DNA of 64,000 nt from Rhodosorus marinus CCMP1338 (taxonomy: Eukaryota > Plantae > Rhodophyta), in NCBI GenBank assembly GCA_029953675.1, contig JAMWBK010000001.1:2604001-2668000 (forward strand), read 5' to 3'. Position numbers and translations under genes: made by a program. Positions 49,048-60,460 of the stretch are shown piece by piece. Each line of letters opens with the position of its first letter. Position 1 is the first letter of the stretch. Under the pieces are notes generated by a model, which made no database searches, had not been told where the DNA came from, and saw only the letters and a list, made by a program, of their open reading frames with translations.

Positions 49048-49247
49048 AGCTGACAAGTCTCGCTGCGAAAAGCATGTCAGTAGCAGGGCAGCCCTTCGAG
49101 CCGCGTACAAATTCAATAGACTTTCTATTCTATTACTTGATCAATAGTTTTATTGACCATTCAGTTCTATTCTGTCTTACAAGAGTTTTCAGTCAGTGTA
49201 CGTACAATCATCTCCGCCTCTATCCCCGGGGTGGGGCAGCGGCGAAC

Positions 49248-51448
49248 TTAAGTGCGCGGCCTTATAAGCAACTTCCGCAACTTCCCGCTTGGGGCCTTCG
49301 CCCACGCGTCGCTCTGTAATTCATTATGTATCAAGCAGTCAGCCACCTCGTCGATTTGCTTGCGTACTGTTGCCAGGGCGAAACACCAGCAGAGCAACCC
49401 GCCGAAAGCGAAAACGACACCGCAATGTTTCATAAAGGCCCCGACAGAAAAGGCACGCCCTCAGCGCAGCACCCCACGGCAACGGAGCACCAGAACCCTA
49501 AAACACGCAGTCACTATCATCCGACGAGGTTGCGGTGAGCCAACAAGCTCTCCAGACTATCCATCGGTCATTAGGTTCACATCGCAAGGTACTTACAAAG
49601 TCGATATACTGTTCGTAGTTGTATGTCGAGGTGCGACATTTTTGAAGCAATTTGTTCGCCAGTTCTCTATTGCCAGCACGCCACTCCATCGTTCCCCAGC
49701 GATAATATGCATCCCTATAGACACCGAGAGCAAGGAAGAAATCGTGAGTGATGCCGTGATAAGCACCTTGGAATGCCTACTTCAAACTCACATGTTCCTC
49801 GGGTGCAGATCGATCGCGCGCTTGAAGAGCTGTCTTGCATAAGAGTGATTCTCTCTAAAGCTCTCGACGACTGCGAGCTGAATAATAGCAGCGCTGTCCG
49901 TTGGACTGGCCTCGATGGCCTGTTCTGCGAGTGCAGCAGCCTCCGCAAAGTTTTCTTCGTGCATTTCCAGCTTACTATAGAGCACGAGAACTTTCGTTGA
50001 CGTCGGATCGATTTCCAACGCCCTGTCGAAGAGCCTCCTCGCTGCATCGTAGTCCTTCGCCCTATATAGTTCCATGTACGCCAAGCTGTACAACACCACG
50101 GCGTTGTCCGGATTCTGTCGGCAGAAGAGTCGCGTTCACAAATGCCGAAACTCAGCTCGCGGTGTACGACGAAACCAGCTGGAGGAGCAAAGAAAGGCAC
50201 GCGCTATTCTCACCTCATTGAGCGCCTTCTCAAAGCAGTATCTAGCCTTCTCAGGTTTGTTCTGCTCCACAGCTATTCTTCCAAGGCCGTGCCATAGATA
50301 TGTGTTTTTCGGATCCACCTCAAGCCCCTGCTTGAAGAGCTCCTCGGCACGCTGAGCATTCCCCACCCTAGCCTCCATGATCGCCCATGAATGATACAGC
50401 CGCTCACACATCGGATCGTGCTTTGTACCTTCCATATAGAGCTTACGAGCTAGATCATAGTTGCCTTCCATTGATTCAAACCGCGCCCACGAAACGTACA
50501 CCGCCACTTGAGTTCGATCGTATTCGAGGCCCTAATAGCAAAAAAATAAATTCACCAGAGACCCATCGAGGTAAGCTTTGGGAAACTTTTAGCATGCCAA
50601 AGACTAGCGAATGGATGGAGTGAGAGCTCACTTTCCGAAACATTTCACGGGCCTGGGTTTTATTTCCCCGTTCTTGCTCCAGCACGCCACAAGTGAGCCA
50701 GAGGTAGCTATTTTGTGGATCGTGCGTAAGCGCTTCCTTGATGATTGCAAGACTGTCCTCCGCGGACCCGCCAATTCTCCTCTCCACGCGGGCCAAATTT
50801 TGCCATCCTTTGCCCAGTTTCGGTGCCAATTCTACGGCCTTTCTGTACAACTCCTTCGCAAGGACCAGTTTGCCCTGCTCTTGATACGTCTTTCCCTCCT
50901 GCCTTATTCTCTCCGCTACTACCATAATATCCTGCTTCTGGTCCTCGCCATTCACAACGTCTCCCAGGTCCTTCGCAACGTCGCCCACGTCGTCCCCTTC
51001 GCCTTCCGACGAAATCTCCTCCCCACTAGGGCCCTCATCTTCACCCTCTCCTGATGAGCCGCCAGCCGTCATAATCTCATCGACCTGTGGCGACTTATCA
51101 ACTGCAAATGAGAAGGCGCTGGAGCTGGCACTCATTTCTGGAGTGCGGCTCTCAATGTCCTGCTGTTTCAAGAAATTCGGCGCCGTTGTACGAAACAGTT
51201 AGGAACAAAGACGATCACTGATGCGTTCGTTGGCCCTTTTAAATGGTTTCGCGTGTTACCTCGTGAACGGCGGGCTCAACATCGGCGTCCTCTGAAAATG
51301 CCTCACGACACAGTGCGGAAACAACCTGTACATTTTGCTGCTGCACATGAGACCGAAACGTCCTACTCCTCCTGCATACCTCCGGCGCACCACCGTGCAA
51401 GTTAACATACGCTCGACCCAGGGACACCCAACCCAAGGGCCTCTCCAT
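49248..51448 (-). CDS. HAT/TPR-repeat protein, HCF107/Mbb1-like, with organelle-transit-like N-terminus (multi-exon)
   Basis: Repeats such as DPQNSYLWLTCGVLEQERGN, VYVSWARFESMEGNYDLARKLY, DPKNTYLWHGLGRIA; N-terminus MERPLGWVSLG..RRSRTFRS; acidic linker. Confidence 0.8.
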
Positions 51449-51479
51449 CACGGCGAGCGCAAACCACACCCCAGCCCTC

Positions 51480-52440
51480 TCAGGGCTCTAAAACCAACCC
51501 CCCCAACCCCCTAAAACACCTCCCACCCAAAAAAAAAATCTCAACAAAATCACCAAATCCCCACCCTCTCCCCTACCCACCTTACCAAACCTCACTCCCA
51601 ATTCAAAATATCCAATACTCTAAATTACATACGTACACTATTCATATACATAAAATCCCTCCCTACCTCTCTCCCCCCTCACTCCCTCTGTCCCTCTCCT
51701 TCCTCCTCCAAAATATTCAATTCAATACTCAAAACCTACAAATCATCCTCTCCCTCTCTCTCTCCCTCTGTCTCTCAATCATAAAATCCTTCGCAAGGAT
51801 TCCCTAATCCCAAACCCTTCCTCAATCTTTCTACCGCCCCCCACAGTGAGAACTTTTTGTTCCTTATCAGAGTCTCACGGGCCGTAACCCCATTTTCCTT
51901 TCATCACTTCTTTCTCTCTCTCTCTCTCTCTCTGTCCGTCACTGTCTCTGTCTCTGTCTCTGTCTCTGCTCCCCTTTTCCCTCCCCCCCCCCCTTTTCCC
52001 ATGACTCCCGTTGAGGCCTCAATAAATAACAACAAAAATACCATCTTAAACAAACATGTCTTCGTAGGAAAAATATATGATAAAATCCTCAATGTCTAAA
52101 TATTTAATATAAAAGACTAGTCATCTGATCAACGGAATTTTTTTCGTATAATCACCGTCCAATCCTAAAACTTGAAACTTGATCCCCTGCGAAATGTTTT
52201 TGGTGGGAGGTTTGATGTTTGTGAAGGGGGGCTGTATTGTTTTTGTTTTTTGCCTCTTTTTAATTTACTATTCTGGTTTTGTTGTTTTATGGTGGTTTGG
52301 TGGAGGGGTTTGATTGGAACTGGTGGGTAAGGAAATGGGAATTGCATTGAACGAATTTTTTTGGTCATTTTTTTGGGTAGGGGGGGTGGTGATTGAGGGG
52401 ACGGGTCGGGTACCGGTGACGGATGACATTGAAATTGGGG
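51480..52440. promoter_or_regulatory. Strand-skewed, divergent-promoter-like region with (CT)n/(CTGTCT)n tracts at ~51910-51965
   Basis: C/A-rich left, AT-rich centre, G/T-rich right. Confidence 0.4.
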
Positions 52441-53699
52441 GGGAAGGACTTTAGGGTTTGAGTGAATGGTACAGGTTGTCGAGACGAGAGCCAAGGCAAA
52501 ACGGCGATCAGCGGATTAAGTGATAAGTGGCCGCTTGTAGATGGAGTGCGAGAGTAGACTGTCCTTCCTGAAACCTTCCCTCTACACAACTCCCAACTCC
52601 CGACTCCCGACTCCCGATCGATTGTACCTGGAGATCACAGAAGCGCCTCTGTGAGACCGAAATGGTGTCAACCGAATACACCCCTAGTTATTTTCTAGGG
52701 TTTTTCCCCGTCGCGGATTGAACTCATTTTTTGGGTTTCGGGAGAGGGGGTATAATATATTCTTATGGTCGAATATATTTTACAAAACAAAAATTGTATA
52801 TTTTTGAACATAAATCTCAGACGGGTACTGATGTTGATGTTTTTGGATGCAGCCATTTTGTTTCTCCGAAAAGGGGTAAAGGGTTGAGAAGCGATTGATA
52901 ATGATCGGCCGCCTCCGATTGCAAAGTGTGTGGCGCATGCCATGTACTGAGTGAGCTGATGGTCAAGTCCATGGTCTATGGCCAGCTCCTTCCAGTAGTC
53001 TCTTGACCGGAGCGTAAGTGAAGTTAGGGAGTCGTTAGTAAGGAGCAAAAGTCCAAGACCCTTCAAAGCGGAAACTCAATCCGGGGGCTCAGTGTATGAT
53101 CAGCAAACTTCGGAAATGATGGGGACAACGACGCCGGTGATTGGCAATGCATTCTGGCTTATGGGACACAGAGCTGTATATGCTCGAAAAGGATAACGCC
53201 CAGTTGAGCGCATCTGGACCTTGGACGGTCTCCATCCGTGACCGACAAGCATCTACTACCGGTGACTAGCCATAGCGCGCTTTCGATATCTGCAACCTAG
53301 GACGAAGTCACTGACAGGAGATACTTTGCTATAGATCAAATGTGGTAGATTCAAGAGTGCGAAACCATAACCCAAAAGCGATGGGTCTCGGTATCGTCTT
53401 CCTCAGCCCTTTCAGGATATCACCTTCTTTTTCTTCGTCTTTGATTTCGCTTAGTCTTTCGCCCCTCTGCTCTCACCCCTCATGTCCACCTCGGGAACAG
53501 AAATCCAGCGATAATCAAAGAAGCAACCAAGCAAAAGCAAGCTGTGGCTAGGATACTAACATTCTGATCGACTGCTGAAAAGACTCATCAATACGGTCTC
53601 AATCACGGCTTTCCCGGCACTCCCGATTGAGAAAAGGGCTTTAAGAGACTCCGCACAGGTCTGTCCGAAAGCACCATAGCGGTCACCCACATTAGTAGT

Positions 53700-55490
53700 C
53701 TTCACAGATCCTTCAACGACTTCAGTTGCCGGTCAGTAATTCCAACGCAAACCACAAGCTCATTTTCTCTACGTCGACTAGCACCACTTAGCCCTTCACC
53801 AGCCAGCCTCGACATTGTCATCCGCTCTACCAAACAACTCATCTGCGCTAAGAGTCCTTTGCAGCCTCATCTAGCTCCCGAGCTCTGATCAACTCTTTCA
53901 GAATAGGAGCTGCGAGCGGTTGCGCAGAGGTTCGCATCCGCACAACGTCGTCATCACTCTTGGCACGAGGTTCCAAAGCCAAGATCACCTTTGATACCCG
54001 TCTCCCTAGGCTTGAAGTGGATGACGGGGTACAGAAGCTCGTGGGATTGCCAGGAGTTCGACTAAAGTACCCGAGCCTCTGTAAGAGCTTCAACGTGGAT
54101 ATACTGCTTATGTCAAGCTTGTGGTTGTGGCAAGCATGCGCCATAAGCAGAATTTTCTGGTTGCGCGAGTGCTTTGCGGATCAACTCGATTGCTGGACGC
54201 GTTTCCAATCTCTGCTCAGTCTACCCTGTGCCGGAGTTCAGCCACCCTTATCCTTGAGGCTCGTTCCTTGCATCGAGTGTAGTTCTGCCTTCTCGGGGTT
54301 GTCAGCCCGCGAAAAAGGTCGTTCTCCAGTCATCGCTTCATCCCCTCAGCTGTCGTACTACCTACTCTTTAACGCTCCTCCAACAAACCCGTCTGGTACA
54401 AGCTCTCCACATCTCACAAGGCACCTACTGTGCTCCTCGGGAAAGTTGGGAACGTTGGGAACGTTGGGCCATAGCCACCTGCCTCAATCTTCTTACCATC
54501 GGATGCAGACTCCAGATCAGTTGGTTCATCTAAGAGCATGCCCCAGTGGGTAAGCGTCGCCTCGTCCTCTTCCTCCCTAGAAGTAATCCACTAGCCCCAT
54601 TGCAGGGGAAGACGCGCAGGCAATGGCTGAGCCCGGGATCTCCGCAAAATCCGGAGACCAAGCACGCGGATTTCAGCATATCGTCAGGAAGGCGCTCAAT
54701 AGCATCTGTCAGGTGTTGGTGCCAGGCTATAATGATTTCACAGGACGCTCGCAAAAAGTGGTCAGTTCCCACTCGGGTATTGTGGCGCACCACATCTTCC
54801 TGATAACGGAGGGGCGGGACGGCATGTTGCAGGCTGCCCATCGGAGACTCAGTCCGTGGGAGGAAGCGACACACCACACCAAATCCACTTGGCTCGCGAT
54901 GGCATGGTTGGCGGTAAACCCCGGATCAGGGTCTCAGGGGTGCCCATCAGGGTGAAATCGTCCTGGTATGCACAGATACGTAAATCCGCCACCTCGGACG
55001 TTAAGTCTCACCAGATTCAACTGGAGCACGACAGGTCCACAGGGATCGCCTAGCTGAACCCCTGTGTGCGCCTGTAAAACGTCAAAAAGACTTGTGTGGA
55101 AGACTCGCACTTCCATATCCCCGACAGAATCGGCCCAAGCCTCCGGGAAGACCCTCCGGACCATGCACGCACCACTCTGTTGAAGGCGTTCCGCGGACGG
55201 GGGGTCTTCCCGGAAGCCTGGCCGTTTCTGTGGAGGCTCTATTGCAGGGTAACCAGATGCTCCTAGTCGCGCGCTCGAGGTCGACGGCATCTCAGATCCA
55301 AAATACGAAGGTGGTGTACTCAACTTGCGTCTATCTCAATTCAAGACTACGAAAGAGGTGTTCGCAGCCATGAACAAGCGTAATAAAAGACCAAGAGCAG
55401 ACGTTCGCATCTCAGCTCTTTCTTAGTCTTGAGATATGCCTTTTACAATCTCAAGCCTATCGTGGAGCTTGTTCATCGCTCTTTCGTCGT
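53700..55490 (-). pseudogene. Degenerate retroelement gag-like relic
   Basis: Long broken minus-strand frame; possible decayed zinc knuckle CIRW*ED*GRW at ~54470-54510; many stops; weak support. Confidence 0.3.
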
Positions 55491-55535
55491 GTTGAATTGA
55501 GATAGGCGAAAGTTGAGTACTTTATTCAGGGACCT

Positions 55536-55563
55536 CAGCCTCCGATTAAACCGATCATCATCA
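55536..55563 (+). mobile_element. Minimal family B 3' terminus with (ATC)3 tail
   Basis: cagcctccgattaaaccgatcatcatca matches the family B end cagcctccgattaaa. Confidence 0.6.
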
Positions 55564-56180
55564 GTTGGGTACATCAGCTTCGTATTGGATCTGAGATATT
55601 CTCTATTCTCCAGGCAGTGATCCTCAAGCGGTTGCCATATCTTTGCAAGGTTCGCTTTCTACGCGTACCACTCGCAGCATCCTGCTGCCTCCGAACAGTC
55701 AACATCCCGCATAGAAGCCTTGCTAGGACTAGGACCCAGAAACGAGGAGCAGCTTCAGATCAACGTTGTTTGGGATTGGTAGCGCAATCAGACTAGCTTA
55801 GATCGCATCAAATACTATCGAGTTGGTCACCATCCTCAACCCTCAACATCCACATAAAGCCGTAGGACTTGGGACACCGCAGGGCGGTGAGGCTCCTCGG
55901 GAGAAAAAGAACGTTGTTTAGGATTTAGATTAGTTCATGTAGCATCAAACCTACACATTTCCTAAGCTCTTCAAGCACCACCCTCAACACTCAGCATCCA
56001 CATAAGCTCTCACTGGGACACGGACTCTCCGTATGACAGAGGCGGTTTGGGACAGCACCACAGAGAAGAGATCGAATCCGCCACCATAAAGCTTCGTAGA
56101 TTGGAGACGAGAAGGTGGGGAGGGTAGAAGGAAGATAAGGTATGCTAAAGAGCTAAGGTTAGAATTGTAGTGATGATAAG

Positions 56181-58372
56181 ATGATTACTGTAGAGTTAAG
56201 TGGGTTGGGATATCCTGGGAAGAAGGTCAAGGTTTCGACGACGCCCTCGACTCCGCTATCGAAAGTTAGGGACGAAGCTTGTGCCAAGGTGAAGTTGGAC
56301 GCGGCTGGGTAGGTCTCCCTTCTTTGAGACCCTCGAGAGCTTCCTCTGGAGGCTTGTTTGTTTTCGTTTTTGTTTTTGGTGATCTGGAAACGTCGTCTCA
56401 GAGTCTCTTCTGACTGGATTGTTGATATGTTTTAGGTATGGTCTGGTTAGAGAGAAGGAATCGTTGGATTTGTCCTTACCGATTAGACTGTCGAATCTAC
56501 CCGGAAACTGTACTGTGCAGCTCGTGAGAATTAATAAGAACATTTCGAAAAAGGTGAAAATTGCTCTTGATGTGGCCTTTGGTGGTAAGTTTTGAATAGA
56601 AGATCGCGGTAACTAGGATTGATACTTGAGATCCGTCCTCCCCGCAGGAGACTGAGTTAGATTCGCTTTCTTTTGGCGTGATAGGGACTGATGGTTCAAG
56701 ACGGTTTGTAAAGGAGCACAAGTCGAACGAAACGCTATGGGAATTGTTGGTGGAAACCGAGAAGGAGCTTGGCCCTGGAGCGATGACCGCCGTGACGAGT
56801 GATGACGGAATGTATATGAAGCCAGTTTTAACTTTCATGAACCGTCAAGTGGATGGAAATTTGCACGAGACTACTCTCAACTCGCTCGGATTGAGTTCTG
56901 GGTCTGTTTTGTTGAGACTTCGGTATGAGAAGACAAGCACGCCGATTCAGGAGATGCTGCCGAAGCTTCAGGAGCAATCGGCCGCAGCTGTAGCTCGGAA
57001 GTCGCAGGCTTCTCAGGCTTCTCAGGCTTCTCAGGCTTCTCTGGCTTCCAAGTCTCAGCAGACTCCGAAAACGGCGCAGACCCGCGCCGTTACTGAACCA
57101 AATCGGGTCGCAAACACAGCACAGCCGGACGCGACGCCAGCGGTACCCAACCCAAGAAATTCTGGGTCTGCCGCCGAACGCAGTCAACAAAAAGTTCTCG
57201 ATTGGGACCTGAAGGCACCATCTGCGAACCATGCCGCGCCAACCCCGCCAAAGGTAATCGACTGGGACCAGGAGCCACCAGCCGCGACCGACTCTGTACC
57301 AAGTCGGCCCAAGGTACTCGACTGGGACAACACTCAAGCACCACCGAACAGCAGCCACTCTAGTCGGGAAAAACCTGGTCCCCGAACGAACGCGCTTGAA
57401 TGGGACATACCTGGGTCTCAAGCACCGGGCCCGTCATCACAACGCGTCCAGCCAGTCATACAGTGGGACGCGCAACCTGCCCCAGGAGCTTCCAGCGGCG
57501 CCTCTGAGATGAAAACAGCGGAAGGGAGGAAGGCTCCGAGTTCGCCGGAGAGCGAGCGGGACCTACGGGTATACCGCGCAAGCGAGTCGCAGACGGATAT
57601 CTCCCGGTTCGATATTCCGGAAGCGTTCTACCGCTTCCAGGAAACTGACCTTCGACATCAGCTTGCAGAGTCCGCACGCCGTCAGCGCGAAAACGACAAC
57701 GCCATATTGATGACGCGCGCCATGCGGGAGAGGGAAAACGCCAAGAAGCGAAACAAGTACAAGAAGTGTCTCGTCAGAATACGACTCCCAGATCGAACAT
57801 GTGTTCAGGTAGGTGATCCCATGGGACTGAAACGGGATTTCCGGAGAGCTAGGGCCGACCTTCTGACAGGGCTGCTTGGCTTGTTTCCTCATCCGTAGGG
57901 TACCTTTTGGCCGAGTGACCGTATCTCGGTTGTCTATAAGTTTGTTAGATCCAACCTCAAGGAGCAAAACCTGGGCTTTTACTTGTACGATACGCCGCCG
58001 ATCAGAAGAATTGGAGAGTCCTCAGAGGATTTGTGGAGTCTTGGGCTTGTTCCCGCTGCTCTACTGTACTTGGCTTTTGAAGGAGAGCCGCCGAGAGACC
58101 AGAACGCGTCGTCGCTTTTGACATCACATGCTCTGCAGAGGATGGAAGAACTACCCACGGTTGAAATCCAAGTACCAAACGAGTTCACCAAATCGCGCGA
58201 GAATGGACAGGCCGCCCGTACCATCCACGGCGATATCGCTGGAACGGATTCCGACAGCATGGACGTGGACGAAGAACGCGAGATGCGGCGACTCAAGAGC
58301 TCGCAAATGGATACCAAGCCCGTGCAGCCGAGCGACGGCAAGAAAGTTCCCAAATGGTTTCGAAAAATGTAG
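56181..58372 (+). CDS. ASPSCR1: TUG/ASPL/PUX1-like UBX protein (p97/CDC48 adaptor), multi-exon
   Basis: Exon 1 KVKVSTTPSTPLSKVRDEAC (UBL1); LNSLGLSSGSVLLRL; DIPEAFYRF..DL; ILMTRAMRE; YKKCLVRIRLPDRTCVQ; LWSLGLVPAALLY; C-terminal KKVPKWF. Confidence 0.88.
57006..57047 (+). repeat. Coding 9-bp tandem repeat (Ser-Gln-Ala) in TUG
   Basis: caggcttct repeated about 4 times, giving SQASQASQASL. Confidence 0.85.
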
Positions 58373-58981
58373 CTCTTCAAAGGGTCGCCTGATCCGATTC
58401 TTAAACGGATTCAGATCGATGATGCTGCTCGCGGATGATCTTGGCTTGCGTACGGCGTTGCCCTCCTGTTCTGAAACCACAGGCGGCCGTTGTCCTGCAA
58501 AGGCCGGAATATCCGTTAGGAGATGTGTAAAATGTACAGTAAACCGCATTAAAAACAAAACCTCGTTCGTCTTGATGAGGAAACAGCACTAACACCGATC
58601 AGATGCCCCTTCTTCTCCAATACGAGTTCACCCTAGGAAGGGAACGCTCTCCACCAAGGACTTGTCACAGACGATGGTACCACAGTTGCAAAAACGAGTC
58701 GGATTGAAGACAGCTACTGAAACTCGATCTTAGTCTTTAGTGAGTCTCAAAGTACTTTCTCCAACACAATAAGCACGAAACTCATTCACAGCGAAGATCG
58801 GAGCCTCTGTCTGGAGCCAATGGCCTACTACTGCTCGAAGTAATACAAATGATCGTGACAAAGCTGGATGATAAGCAGATGGCTCTTTGAGGACAAGCTA
58901 TGAATCTCCTCGTCTAGGTAGGAGAGAAGGGAAATGAACTGAGAATGAGGTGAAACAAAACAACAGAGCATCCAAGAAGCG

Positions 58982-59957
58982 ATGGGATTGCTGACGATTC
59001 TGCGAAAGGTCAAGCAGAAAGAGAAGGAGATGCGGCTTCTTGTATTGTACGTGAGGGGAGGAAGTAGAAAGCCCACTTGAAGTCAGAAGAATTGGGAAAG
59101 AGAAGCTCTTACGTCGTCGATGATAAGCTAAAATCTCTCTCTCGGTGTCTTTGTGCCTTTTCGCTTCATGCTGCTTCTCGTCACCTCTTCAGAGGCATGG
59201 ACAACGCCGGGAAGACTAGCATCGTGAAGAGACTCAACGGCGATGATGTGAGGGATGTAAGCCCAACGTTAGGATTCTCTATCATATCGATAAAGTTGAA
59301 AGACTATAACCTCAACTTTTGGGACGTCGGCGGGCAGAAAACCATCAGAACGTACTGGAAAAACTACTTCGAACAGGTAAGTCGAACATCTAGGCAAGTG
59401 TCCTATATATAGATGTCAAGTTCCCTAGTAATTTGCTGAATTTTTATTTATTTAGACGGATGGTATTATTTGGGTCGTAGATTGCGCAGATCATTCTAGA
59501 TTGGAGGGATGCTCAGAAGAGCTTTACAAGCTGCTTGATGAAGAGGTAAGTCTGCAGGAGATGCTTTAGTCTGGTTCTGCTCCGACCTAGTGATTCCTCT
59601 TTCCACCAGAATGGATGAATGAACGAGCCCATAATCGAATTTCCTTGGTTGAAACGTTTGCCGACGATCTTTCGTTGGATCTTTCGCTGACTTTGCTCGC
59701 TGTTTTAGAGACTGGCAGGGGCGTCACTGTTAGTCTTGGCGAACAAGCAGGACTTACCGGATGCGCTGAGTCCGAAGGAGGTCGAGGAGGTATTGGATCT
59801 GAAGGGTGCGGCATCCAGCGTGCAGAGACACTGGCGAGTTGAAGGTTGCAGTGCGTTAAATCCAGGAGATGAATCTGTCAATGGAAACGACAACCTGCGC
59901 TCGGGGGTGGAATGGCTAATAGAGGACATTGCCGCTAGGGTCTTCATGTACGACTAG
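58982..59957 (+). CDS. ARL2: ADP-ribosylation factor-like protein 2
   Basis: MGLLTILRKVKQKEKEMRLLVL/GMDNAGKT, SPTLGF, WDVGGQKTIRTYWKNYFE, LANKQDL, HW..EGCSA. Confidence 0.96.
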
Positions 59958-60460
59958 AAGTTTTTGAAAGAGACTTTCATAAAATGGTTCCCTTAGACAA
60001 GAGGGTCTTGACTCGTCGGTGGCAGCAACAGCCACAAGCGTCAGGCCCCTGAGTGCCTTCAGTAAGCTTTTCTTTTTCTTTTTTTTTTTCTGGGCGTGTT
60101 CTGTGGAGGACCGGAGATAAAGGCAAAATGGACACTCGAATCATTACTTGAGGGATTCTGTCCAGCTGGCTTGTCGGGTTCGGCCAAAAACTCGCTCCTA
60201 GCCATCGATTCTTTGCGCCTTTACATTGTACAAGTACTATACAGGAAGAGCAGGCTCTCAACTCTGCGGAAACCTCCGCTGAGCGAGCCTCTCCCAAATG
60301 ATAAGAAAATAATAATTAACAAAAACAAAACTGACATGAAAAAAAAACCAAACCAAACATACACTGCGGAAGTTGCTCAGGATGTTACAGGTCCATGACT
60401 CTTAGATCCGAAACAAATCTGATTACCGCCTCCAGCGGCATCGAAAGCCGTCCCGGGTTT

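Noticed and set aside
34352-59957. PFDN1 and ARL2 as a tubulin-folding gene cluster
   Set aside because: They are 24 kb apart with unrelated genes and TE islands between them; no evidence of co-regulation
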